64,000 nucleotides of DNA from Octopus vulgaris (lineage: Eukaryota). The DNA is taken from positions 44,516,001 through 44,580,000 of the forward strand of contig OX597820.1 of the NCBI GenBank assembly GCA_951406725.2, in the 5' to 3' direction. The position numbers were made by a program, and so were the translations under genes. The notes beneath the pieces are model-generated. The model worked only from the letters and a program-made list of their open reading frames with translations, was not told where the DNA came from and ran no database searches. Every line of letters begins with the position of its first letter. Within the stretch, counting starts at the first letter, position 1. Below, piece after piece: positions 53,286 through 64,000 of this stretch.

Positions 53286-53331
<46 letters not shown>

Positions 53332-53550
53332 TACATATACATATATATATATAACTACATATACACATATGTATACATATATACATACATATGTGTATGT
53401 GTGTGTGTGTGTGTGTTATTTTTTTTTCTACACAGATAGAAAAAGTTGAAAATGCACTGAAGATAGTTAAAATATTTAGCGGGAAACGTATAAAAGACTA
53501 TAAACTTAATCATATAAACTTAATTATATATATATAAATATGTGTGTGTA

Positions 53551-53586
<36 letters not shown>

Positions 53587-54079
53587 CATGTGCGTGTGTG
53601 TGCGCGCGCGCGCATGTATAGGGAAAATAGAAGTTGAAATGCACTGAGAACAGTATAAATATTTTTTTTCAACCTATTTACACATATATAACTCACTTAA
53701 CTATATGCGTGTGCGTCTATACAGTTAAGTGGGATTCGAGTAAAAGCCTTGTAAAATGTAGTGCAAAGCACGTCCACTGTTATTGGCTACCTCATGTCAT
53801 CATACAGACTAGATGCACATGCTACTGGATATTCTTAAGGAATTCCATAATTTCCGTTAGAGTTCATGTAAATACATTCTACATCTGTGATGTAACGTAA
53901 TTGACTACACAACATCTCACCCATGATGAAACAATAGGTGCGAAAATACATCGAAACAATTGTAGTGGTTTTGAATAAAGAATGTCATCAAGTCCATTTT
54001 CTGTCTATTGCACTTATAATGTGACTGGTAATGTTTTTTTTGTGAAGCTTTCGTGTGTCACCTATACACACCGAGTGAG

Positions 54080-54540
54080 AAAATGAGAGAGAAGGAAGAG
54101 GACAGGGGGTGAAAGATGAGGTGAAGGAGGCGGAGGAGAGCAGGCTGACGTGCAGGAGGAGGAGGAAGAAGAAGTGGAGGATAAGGAGGGGGAGACTGGC
54201 GTGAAGGAGGAAGAAGAAGACGAAGGGGAGAAGGAGGAGGAGGAGGAGGAAGAAGAAGAAGAAGAGGGGGAGGAAGAAGAAGAAGAAGAAGAAGAAGAAG
54301 AAGAGTGGGAGGAGGAGGAAGAAGAAGAAGAAGAGGAAGAGGGGAGGATGGTGCCGAAGGGGAGGAGGAAGAGAAGAAGACTGAGGGAGAGGAGGAAGCT
54401 GAGGGAGAGGGGAGGGAGAAGCTGAGGGAGAGGAGGAGGAGGAAACTGATGAGGAAGAAGAAGAAGAAGAAGAAGAAGAAGAAGAAGAAGAAGAAGAAGA
54501 GGAGGAGGTTGATGTGGAAGAGGATGAGGAGGGGAACGAT
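54080..54540. repeat. Polypurine (GAA/GAG)n low-complexity tract
   Basis: Directly visible. Intronic to the Reeler gene. Confidence 0.95.
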
Positions 54541-54896
54541 AAAATGAGAGAAATGTATCAGGATAAAAGAATGAAAGAAAAGGACGGAGACCGTATGTGT
54601 GTGCATGTGTGTGTGAGTGTGTGTGTGTGAGTGTGTGTGTGCTTGTCTCAACAACTGATTAACTACAGCTTGTCTCAACGACTGATACATGAAGCTAGCT
54701 TATGGCTCTTGGACTCGCCCTAGTTGACTCCTAATTAGGCAACATTGTGACTATCCATTAGTAGAATATTTGGAAGAATAACTTATCTGCTACAGAAATG
54801 CTTGCATCTAGCATTTATTACTGGTTCTGTAAACACACCAACATCGGTTGTCAAGTGGTGTGGGGGACAAACACAGACATACACGCACACACACAG

Positions 54897-54956
<60 letters not shown>

Positions 54957-54959
54957 CTC

Positions 54960-54974
<15 letters not shown>

Positions 54975-54994
<20 letters not shown>

Positions 54995-55538
54995 GGTGGA
55001 CAATTGTCAAATATATATAGTATTAATGTGAGAAATTTGTGAGAAATCAAACACACAGACACAAATTTCTCACATTAATACTATATATATTTGAAAATTG
55101 TCCCCCCCACACACACACATACATTTGCAAACACACACACACAGACAAAGATGCAGTTATATACACACACTCATACACACACACAAACACTCAAACTCAT
55201 TAACAAAACATATACCCGTCAATCCCCATACATACAGCATACATACTGTCCCCTTCCTATTTTTTTATAACTTCCTCCTTCCATCCAATTTTGACGTCAT
55301 TGCTTATAACGGATTATTTTAAATAAATACTCATTATCACTGTGGAAACCATGTAGGCAGACGGTAAGAAGCTTTTGTTCGTCTTGAGGCTGATAGAGGT
55401 TCCTTGTATTTCCTGATGAGAAGACGGCATAATGCAACCTTCATTCCTTCGGAATTAAGAGTATGCAGTCATCGAAACATATGTCGAAAGTAAAGGAATT
55501 TTGTTAAAATCTTCGTTCGACTCCATTCTTTTCATTTA

Positions 55539-55541
<3 letters not shown>
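54975..55541 (+). mobile_element. Penelope-like non-coding element: 5' foldback + CA-rich body + hammerhead, in (TA)n
   Basis: 54975-55041 pairs with 55060-55120 (18-nt loop). Hammerhead at 55400-55498, and (TA)n starts at 55542. Confidence 0.75.
55400..55498 (+). ncRNA. Type I hammerhead ribozyme with intact core
   Basis: TTCCTTgtaTTTC CTGATGA GAaGACgGCATA...TATGCaGTCaTC GAAAC ATAT GTC^GAAAgtaAAGGAA: all conserved core nucleotides, stems I and II, a palindromic stem III, and predicted cleavage after C55485. Confidence 0.82.
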
Positions 55542-55595
<54 letters not shown>

Positions 55596-55597
<2 letters not shown>

Positions 55598-55985
55598 ATA
55601 AAACGGTAAGATAACAAAAGAAAGAAAGAGACCTCAATATTATGTAAATAGAGGAAATTTATCTATACAATATGTTACATTACAATTGCAGCATGGAAGG
55701 TGTTTATAAGTAATTTAAGAAACACACGAAACCATTAGATTCACTTCAACATTTAAATTTAATTTGCCAAAATATTTTCGTCGCTTTGAGACCGCGACCT
55801 ATTCACTGACAAAACTTCGTGCAGCATCTCTGGCAAATTATTTAAATCTAGATGTTGAAATGAATCTAACGGTTTTTGTGTGTTTCTTAAATGGCTTATA
55901 AACACCTTCCACGCTGCAATTGTTTTCGTTCCAGCACACGATCTCAGATCAGGTCACTTGCTAGGCAAGTACATCTTTGTAATAT
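55596..55985. repeat. Inverted repeat (about 90-bp arms, 61-nt spacer) with unique tails, next to (TA)n
   Basis: 55682-55769 pairs with 55831-55923. Confidence 0.88.
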
Positions 55986-56144
55986 GTGTGTGTGTGTGTG
56001 TGTGTGCGTACATACACATATACACATCTCTAAATAAATGTATGTACATCTACACACACATCTATATAAATAGATGTACATTCACTCATCCAAACACGCG
56101 CATGCACACACGCACACATACATACATACATATATACATATATA

Positions 56145-56590
56145 TCACAGTACGGACCAGACCATAAGAAGCTGTTATATACCGCTGGTCACAATGCGCT
56201 TCCAAATTTGTCTCGATTACTCCGTTCTTATCCATCTTGACCCAAAATGCTCGATTAAATCTTCTTCCCATTGCCGCAGATGCCTTCTAAATAGCCTGTT
56301 CCCATCTTTTGGATACCACTTGGCAACTGGGCGGGTCCACCTGTTGTCTGTGAACGCTGCCACATGTTCGGCCCAGTGGAATTTGAGCTTTCGCTACTCT
56401 GCGATCACATTATTCACTCTGCTCCCATCTCGGATTATATCATTTTGAATATGCTCTCATAATAATGATATTCTTAGCATGGACCTTTCCACGGTTCTTT
56501 GTATCATAGCCAATCGATATTCTATCCTCTTCGTGGTAGCCCACGTCTCACTCACGTATAAGAGCGCAGGTAGAACGGTTACTATTGAAA
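56145..56590 (-). mobile_element. RTE-clade LINE 3' end
   Basis: Minus strand reads VLPALLYVSETWATT...QRTVERSMLRISL..HIQNDIIR...KFHWAEHVA..DNRWT...WYP. Confidence 0.88.
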
Positions 56591-57049
56591 AAATCTGGCA
56601 GACTCTTCAATATATGCATATGCGTACATTATATATAGATATACACGTACGTGTGTGTGTGAGAGAGAGAGAGAAAGGTGAGTCAGAGAGATAGATGAAC
56701 TTTAATGCATATATATCTATACACACACATATGTATGCGTGTGTATACGACATATGTATATGAATGTATGTATGTTTGTATGTATGTATAAATGTGTGTG
56801 TGTGTGTGTTTGTACACACGAGTTTGAACGGGTCACAAGCATATTTGAACTGGTAATAACATTACATATATATATATATATAAATTAGAAGGTTTGGAGG
56901 TGATGTACAGGTATTATATATTAGAAGAAATAAGGTACTCAGAAATCTGGATGGTTTTATATTTACAGATTTTTATTAATATGTCACATATTTTTATAAA
57001 TCATATATTAGCGCTTGCATTTACTCTAGTAGACTCTCATATATATGTG

Positions 57050-57109
<60 letters not shown>

Positions 57110-57122
57110 ACTACTCCTACAG

Positions 57123-57411
57123 GGCAACATTTGTGAAAAATGTGACGACATTTTGGACAGGAATCAGCTCCAGAATTTTATCTGATTTGGGACCTGTCAC
57201 TCTTCCCGCTGAATGTCTGAAGAATACGGTTCAAAAGTCCAACAGCCATCACCGAATCAAAGACCAAACTTCTTTATCCAGTGAAATTCGCCCGATATTT
57301 CGAAACGTAACAGCTTGTCTGAATGGAGGTCAACACGGATTTATATCATTCCGCACCGGTTACCTCTTTGTAACTGGAATCTGCATTCTGTATCAAATCG
57401 CAGTAATATGA
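57123..57411 (+). CDS. Reeler-domain protein, last coding exon
   Basis: Acceptor CTACTCCTACAG, phase 2 match. Encodes (K)ATFVKNVTTFWTGISS... (the Reeler C-terminal ATxV...FW motif), a polar linker, then GYLFVTGICILYQIAVI-stop. Spliced CDS is 196+149+92+289 = 726 nt = 241 aa + stop. Confidence 0.9.
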
Positions 57412-57494
57412 GTGATTTTAAAAGAAATCGAACCTATGCTGATATTAATGAATTCTTCTTGAAACTAACGTGGAATTATTGATTTCTTTGTTTT

Positions 57495-57500
57495 AATAAA
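57495..57500 (+). promoter_or_regulatory. Candidate polyadenylation signal of the Reeler gene
   Basis: AATAAA about 85 nt after the stop, followed by T-rich sequence. A second AATAAA lies at 57891. Confidence 0.4.
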
Positions 57501-60500
57501 TAACATTCAATTTCTGCCTTACATTTTTTTGTCTTTGCTTTTTATAAGTAGACCAAATTCTTTTAGAAAACACGTGAACAATGCAACTTCAAATTTCAAC
57601 CAAATATAATATTGTAAATAATTTAGTTTTCCAAAAAGAGGTTTTTGCATACTCCATAACTATAACAGTTGTCAGCAGTTACATTGTTCCTGACATATTT
57701 GATATTGCCTTATTCTTTTCTTTGGCTAATGCATTGCTGTTGTCTGCCCCTCTTATATCTGGAGAAAATATATGCTCGAAGTACTTCTTAAATGGCAAGA
57801 GCTAATTCAAATTTGAAGATAATGAAAAGGGCCCCAAAATTTAAAGAGCCTTGGTTAAAAATAGTGGGGTTTTTTAATGTAAGAGAGCCCAATAAATCAA
57901 AATTGTGTAATCAGATAACTTCGTTCGTTTTGGGTGGGGGTTTTTTTTTCAGAAGGGGGAGTTCTACTTGGCACTCTGTCATATTTGAAAAGAGGTAAAA
58001 ATTTATTCAAATTTCAAAAACGATAGACAAAAGTTGTGGTGAAAGAATAGCGCAACAAAAACGAAACAAAACACTATCATAAAAATATTTTTCGTTTTTA
58101 TTCAAACAGCACTGGAAATGATTAAAGTAAATGGTGGCGGGGGACAAACGAGTTTATCTTACAACCCAATATCATTAATTGTAGTCATTCTTTGACATCC
58201 GCTTCCCATGCTGGTATGGGTTGAACTGGCAGCTGGCAGAAACGTTAGCACGCCGAGCGAAATGCTTTGTGGGATTTCGTCCGCCGCCGCGTTCTGAGTT
58301 CAAATTCCGTCGAGGTCGACTTTGCCTTTCATCCTTTCGGGGTCGATTAAATAAGTACTTAATCTGTTTGTCTGTCCTTGTTTGTCCCTTCTGTGCTTAG
58401 CCCCTCGTGGGTAGTAAAGAAATAGGTATGGGTTGAACGGATCGTCACGGTCCAATCATTTCATATAGGGAGTTACTGGTCTCAAAGACTAGAGCTCATA
58501 CGTGTGTGTGTGTGTGTGTGCGAGAGAGAGAAAGCGTGTGTGTCGAGGGCCCGTGGCTTAGTAGTAAGGGGTGTTACACTTACGATCCCTTCGATTCCTG
58601 GTCCAAGTGGTGCGTTTTGCTCGTTAGCAAAACACTTCATCCCACGTTGCTCTATGACCACTTCGACATCTTTTCAGGCAACGTCAATTTGATGAAGGGA
58701 GCGATTTGATAATGTACAGCATAAACATTTGAACATCATAAATAATTCGTTTGTACAGCTTCTTCAGCAAGAAATTGCAGAACCGTCCTTCTCGAACTAC
58801 AAGAGATTACAATCAGACACACACACACACACGTTTGTTTATATTTGCACTTCTCATAAAACGCTAAGTTACAAGCAGTAAGACGGCATTGTTGTCATTT
58901 CCCCAGTCAACAAATCGCCCGCATTCAAAGACTTGTGAAATAAGAAACCCCTTGAAAACAGGTATGGATTAGTGGCAGCAATTGCACCCGACTGTCACAC
59001 AACACCCTCTCTAAGTCGATCACATTCTCGCATTAAAAAAAAAAACGAACGTAAAACCACTGAAGTCGAAGACTAAAATCATCAAGTTGTCTCCCTTACT
59101 TTTCAGAATGGTTAACGTCCTATTGGCTATTAAGTTAAATGCTATCTTTTTTCCTCACCACAAATTTTTTTAATTAGACCGTTAATAATTTTTACATTAA
59201 ATATATTAACATTGACTTTAATACTACTCGCATGCTAAGCAAGTAGTTATATATTAAAATTGTTAACATACTTAACCCTTTGAATGCAGAAAGCAGGTAT
59301 ATCTATTCAAGATTTTACCTTTAACAGCAGAAAGTGGTTTTACTCCATAGCTTTCAGAAAAACGTCTTATATAGCGAGAAGTCAGCACATCCTCAGAAAC
59401 TATTTTCTCGTTTTCAAATTTTAATTTTTTTCACATATTTCATCATATATCATCCCTTTACAGAGCAAGGCTCCAATAATGGGCATGAAAACCCTATCTA
59501 CAGGAGCTAACTGAAAAAGTATTGCAGAAGTAGAAAATATCAGGTCTCTTTTTTTTTTTTTTGTATGGATAATTAACATCATTATGAGAATGGCCATAAA
59601 ATTTAATTCTGCAAAAAGTTAATGTTTGTAAGCCAAGATATTTTGAATTATTTAGATTAAGTCCCTACAAATGAGAACAAGTATTATCTAAATGAGTAAT
59701 TCTGATCAGAAAAGACAAAGGGGATAAACTTGAAACTTTAATTGATAAAAGTTTATTGAAATAGGGAAATATGGAACGCAATGGAGAGTGATTGACCTTT
59801 AACTTTGACTTTAGGAACAACTCCAAGCATTTCTGTTTTGTTATATATCTTGTCCAAAAGTAGCTACAACACAATATCCAGAAATAAACTTTGAACTTCA
59901 TGCTTAATATATTTCCTCTTTGTCTACTATGAACTTAAGATGTTCCTATCCCAAAAAGTGACCACCAGTAAGCATAATCGTACATAGCTGCAGGCACATT
60001 TATATAATTTTACCCCAATTTCCAGTGAGAGCAGGTATTGTGAAGTGATGCCTTCTCGGTCTTTTACCACGAGTAGATTTCCATAGCGTCCTCAGTAAAA
60101 CGTTAAGCTACCTCTATTGGCAGGGCTCCAGCTCAAGAGTTCAGGAGTTTTGGAAATTGGTGACTAAGGGGAAGTTATCCCTTGTTCATCACTTCTCCCA
60201 CATCAACTCTGAGCTGAAGTGGTGATACTTGTCATAGGCCCAAGTTCTAGACCAAACAGCAAGTGGTCCAGTAGCATACAAGACTCAGATGTGTCACACA
60301 GAGTGGGTATCACTGTATGATTGAAACACAGACATAAGCACAGGTGTGGTTGTGTGGTAGAAGTTTGCTTCCCAACAACATGGTTCTGGGTTCAGTCCCA
60401 CAGAGTGGCACCTTGGGCAAGTGTCTTCTACTATAGTCTCAGACTGACCAAAGCCTTGCAAGTGGATTTGAGAGATGAAAACTGAAAGAAGCCCGTCTTG

Positions 60501-60910
60501 AGTGTATGTGTTTGTGCGCATCTGACCACCGTTTGACAACTGGTGTTGGTGTTTTTACATCTCTGTAACTTAGAGGCTCAGCAAAAAAAGATACCACTAG
60601 AATAATTACCAAGCTTAAAAAATAAAAATAAATACTGGGGTCAATTAGTTCAACTAAAATTCCTCGGGGCTGTGCCCCAGCATGGCCATAGTCTAATGAC
60701 AAACAAGTAAAAGATAAAGGATAAGAAAAAAAAAACCTTCAAAATCAGTGGAACAATACCTACATAAGATTAATATGGACAAATCATGGGTATGGAAGTT
60801 TGGCTGTATGGTAACTTTGCCAAGCTAAGATACTAATTATCTTAGTGGAAAATGCTTCAAACTTATATAACTGCATAGCTAACTTTCTCATCTATTCGTC
60901 TATCTTTTAA

Positions 60911-61570
60911 GGGCAGTGATCTGGCAGAACTGTTAGCAGGCTGGATGAAATGCTTAGTGGTATTTCGCCCATCGCTATGTTCTGAGTTCAAATTCCGCCA
61001 AGGTCTTTCATCCTTTCGGGGTCGATAAATTAAGTACCAGTTACGCACTGGGTCAATATAATCAACTTAATCTGTCTGTTTGTCTGTCCTTGTTTGTCTC
61101 CTCTGTGTTTAGCCCCTTGTGGGTAGTAAAGAAATAGGTATTTCCTCAGCCATTACGTTCTGAGTTCAAATTCCACCGAGGTCAACTTTGCCTTAAGTAA
61201 AGTGACAAGCTGGCAGAATCGTTAGCATGCTGGGTGAAATGCTTAGCAGTATTTCGTCTGCCGTTATGTTCTGAGTTCAAATTCCACCGAGGTCGACTTT
61301 GCCTTTCATCCTTTCGGGGTTGATAAATTAAGTACCAGTTACGCACTGGGGTCGATATAATCGACTTAATCCGTCTGTCCTCTCTGTGTTTAGCCCCTAG
61401 TGGGTAGTAAAGAAATAGGTATTTCGCCCATCGCTATGTTCTGAGTTCAAATTCCGCCAAGGTCGACTTTCATCCTTTCAGAGGTCAATAAAATAAGTAC
61501 CAGTTGAACACTGGGGTCGATTATGACATCCCCACCAACTCCCAAGCTGTCCTTGAGGCAAAAATTTGAA
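60911..61570 (+). mobile_element. SINE family B array with head-to-tail re-entry junctions
   Basis: Two heads (60911, about 61200), each followed by a tail ...AAAGAAATAG|GTATTTC and a second, headless unit. Confidence 0.85.
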
Positions 61571-61765
61571 ATGTGGAAAAATCATGGAAGACATAAAGGC
61601 AAATATGTTATCAGCATAGAAAGACATTGTTTTGAAAATATAAAAAGAAAAAAGTAAACAAACAAAGCAATTAACAAAATCAATGTTTATAGTTTATTAG
61701 AAATGTCATCTAAAAAAATATATTTACAGAATATTTTATTGGAATTTTAAGAATTATTGCTTAGA

Positions 61766-61953
61766 TCACTCAATTATAACATATGTTGGCGAGGTTGTGA
61801 CACCACAGTTGTTATTTTTACGTGACATCAAAACATAACCATTGTTGCCCCAATAAGTTGACCATGAGTTCTTTACAAGCCAGTAAGGTTCTCCATTTAA
61901 TTCACCATATCCTACAGCAAGAACAGCATGGTCGAGTGAATCTGGTCCACTTC
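61766..61953 (-). CDS. Papain-family (C1A) cysteine protease, last exon; 26/29-kDa proteinase / cfaD-like (cathepsin L-related)
   Basis: Minus-strand acceptor TTTATTTCAG. Encodes [61 protein letters not shown]-stop, with catalytic His (LDHAV) and Asn (KNSW). The NSWSTYWGN and PTYV end are typical of 26/29-kDa proteinases. AATAAA on the - strand at 61735-61740. No upstream exon was found in the window. Confidence 0.93.
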
Positions 61954-61974
61954 CTGAAATAAATAAAAATGAAA

Positions 61975-63398
61975 TATTGGTTTGGTCATGTGATGCGAAT
62001 GGATGCCAACAGTTGCATAAAGAAGTGCCGATCTCTCAAAGTAGATGGAACATATGGTAGAAGGAGACCCAGGAAGACATGGGATGAAGTATGGAAGGTA
62101 GATTGAAAACATGGAATAGGGAACCCCAAGAATACATGGGATGAAGTACGGAAGGTAGATTGAAAACATGGAATAGGGAACCTCAAGAATACATGGGATG
62201 AAGCACGGAAGGTAGATTGAAAACATGGAATAGGGAACCTCAAGAATACATGGGATGAAGTACGGAAGGTAGATTGAAAACATGGAATAGGGAACCTCAA
62301 GAATACATGGGATGAAGTACGGAAGGTAGATTGAAAACATGGAATAGGGAACCCCAAGAATACATGGGACAAAGTACCGAAGGTAGATTGAAAACATGGA
62401 ATAGGGAACCCCAAGAATACATGGGATGAAGCACGGAAGGTAGATTGAAAACATGGAATAGGGAACCCCAAGAATACATGGGATGAAGCACGGAAGGTAG
62501 ATTGAAAACATGGAATAAGGAACCCCAAGAATACATGGGATGAAGTACGGAAGGTAGATTGAAAACATGGAATAGGGAACCCCAAGAATACATGGGATGA
62601 AGTACGGAAGGTAGATTGAAAACATGGAATAGGGAACCCCAAGAATACATGGGATGAAGCACGGAAGGTAGATCGAAAACATGGAATAGGGAACCCCAAG
62701 AATACATGGGATGAAGTATGGAAGGTAGATCGAAAACATGGAATAGGGAACCCCAAGAATACATGGGATGAAGTACGGAAGGTAGATTGAAAATATGGAA
62801 TAGGGAACCCCAAGAATACATGGGATGAAGTACGGAAGGTAGATTGAAAACATGGAATAGGGAACCCCAAGAATACATGGGATGAAGTACGGAAGGTAGA
62901 TTGAAAACATGGAATAGGGAACCCCAAGAATGCATGGGATGAAGTATGGAAGGTAGATTGAAAACATGGAATAGGGAACCCCAAGAATACATGGGAGGAA
63001 GTACGGAAGGTAGATTGAAAACATGGAATAGGGAACCCCAAGAATACATGGGATGAAGAACAGAAGGTAGATTTGAAACATGGAATAGGGAACCCCAAGA
63101 ATACATGGGATGAAGTACTGAAGGTAAATTGAAAACATGGAATAGGGAACCCCAAGAATACATGGGATGAAGAACGGAAGGTAGATTGGAAACATGGAAT
63201 AGGGAACCCAAGAATACATGGGATGAAGTACTGAAAGTAGATGGAGAAAGCAGAAGAGGGAGACCCAGGAAGACATGGGACAAAGTACTGATGGACAACC
63301 TTAGGATACTGAACCTTTCACACGAGATGACAAAGCACCAAGATGCTTGGCACCCTACTGTACTCAAGAAGTTCTGTACTCCACAGCAGAAGTGTTGA
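61975..63398 (+). mobile_element. RTE-clade LINE ORF2 C-terminal fragment containing a minisatellite
   Basis: Translates as [39 protein letters not shown] ... KVDGESRRGRPRKTWDKVLMDNLRILNLSHEMTKHQDAW, i.e. the WFGHVxR and GRPRKTW motifs of RTE elements. Confidence 0.8.
62039..63290 (+). repeat. 57-bp minisatellite, about 21-22 copies
   Basis: Unit GGGATGAAGTACGGAAGGTAGATTGAAAACATGGAATAGGGAACCCCAAGAATACAT recurs every 57 nt (62081, 62138, 62195...). Confidence 0.97.
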
Positions 63399-63635
63399 GG
63401 CGACACTCCCTGGCCACATAAAAATACCCAGCACACTCTGTAAAATGGTTGGCGTTCGGAGCATTGTTAATGGAAACTAACTGATGATGATGATGATGAT
63501 GATAAACATCACTATCCCGTTTTATAGAATAAGTGTACAGTATATGACCAAAGTCTTATGAGTAGATTTGGTAGACAGAAACTGAAAGAAGCTTGTAGTG
63601 TGTGGGGGCGTACGCGCTTGTGTGTGTGTGTTACA

Positions 63636-64000
63636 TCTCAATATATATAAAGTTGAAGTTGTCTGTGTATGGCAGATTTGGTAGCCTTCAACTAACACTA
63701 TCTCCTCCGAGACCCGGCAGCGCAAGTTGACCAAAATTGAGAGTATGAAAGAAGGCTTGCTCTTCCTTCCGTAGAAGAAAAAATTCAAATCAGACCATGT
63801 TAACACCAAAAATTATTTACATCAAAAGGTGCTTTTTTTTCTATGAAAATCCCTACTTTTTACGATTTTTTGACTGCTGTGTCGCTATTTTTTGGTGTAT
63901 TTCAACCAGAAAAATGTTCACTTAAAGAGAATAACAAAGCTACATAATGCAAAATTTTTACTTTTCAAAAATTCAAATTCTAAAGGGCCGAAACAAACCC
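63636..64000 (+). mobile_element. Probable non-autonomous Helitron, 5' end
   Basis: Starts A|TCTCAATATATATAAAGTTGAAGTTGTCTGT, followed by TCTCC..GAGACC...TTGACCAAAATT, resembling invertebrate Helitron 5' termini. The 3' end is outside the window. Confidence 0.45.

Noticed and set aside
54058-54690. Poly-Glu / Pro-Leu-rich ORFs
   Set aside because: A GAA/GAG low-complexity tract inside an intron, with no compatible splice sites or domain signal.
62039-63290. CRISPR-like regular array
   Set aside because: There are no unique spacers. It is a plain tandem repeat in eukaryotic DNA, and the same applies to 8223-8650.
61912-63436. Three long minus-strand ORFs (454, 389 and 379 aa)
   Set aside because: They arise because a 57-bp (multiple of 3) LINE-derived repeat lacks stops on that strand. 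The real exon starts at 61953.

Overview
AT-rich, microsatellite-saturated animal genomic DNA. The SINE families and repeat landscape strongly suggest an octopus (coleoid cephalopod). Almost every ORF in the supplied track is a microsatellite or repeat artefact. Two real genes can be read from the sequence. (1) A complete 4-coding-exon gene on the + strand (44359-44554, 46993-47141, 50579-50670, 57123-57411; 241 aa) encodes a signal peptide, a Reeler domain and a hydrophobic C-terminal tail that is probably a GPI signal. (2) A convergent papain-family (C1A) cysteine protease of the 26/29-kDa proteinase/cfaD type is represented by its last exon on the - strand (61766-61953). The rest is transposon debris: four tRNA-derived SINE families, LINE fragments (R4/Dong, HERO, RTE, Tx1, CR1), a decayed Penelope GIY-YIG element, Tc1/mariner and hAT-like MITEs, and a probable Helitron 5' end. 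The most striking unexplained signal is a recurring set of short non-coding inserts in (TA)n tracts. They have unrelated sequences but share an architecture: a foldback hairpin and/or a partial-tandem terminal repeat, often with a minimal type I hammerhead ribozyme. One intact ribozyme lies sense-strand inside the Reeler gene's last intron. Other notable features are SINE concatemers bounded by one TSD, SINE tails matching RTE and Tx1 LINE ends, and a 57-bp minisatellite born inside a LINE fragment.
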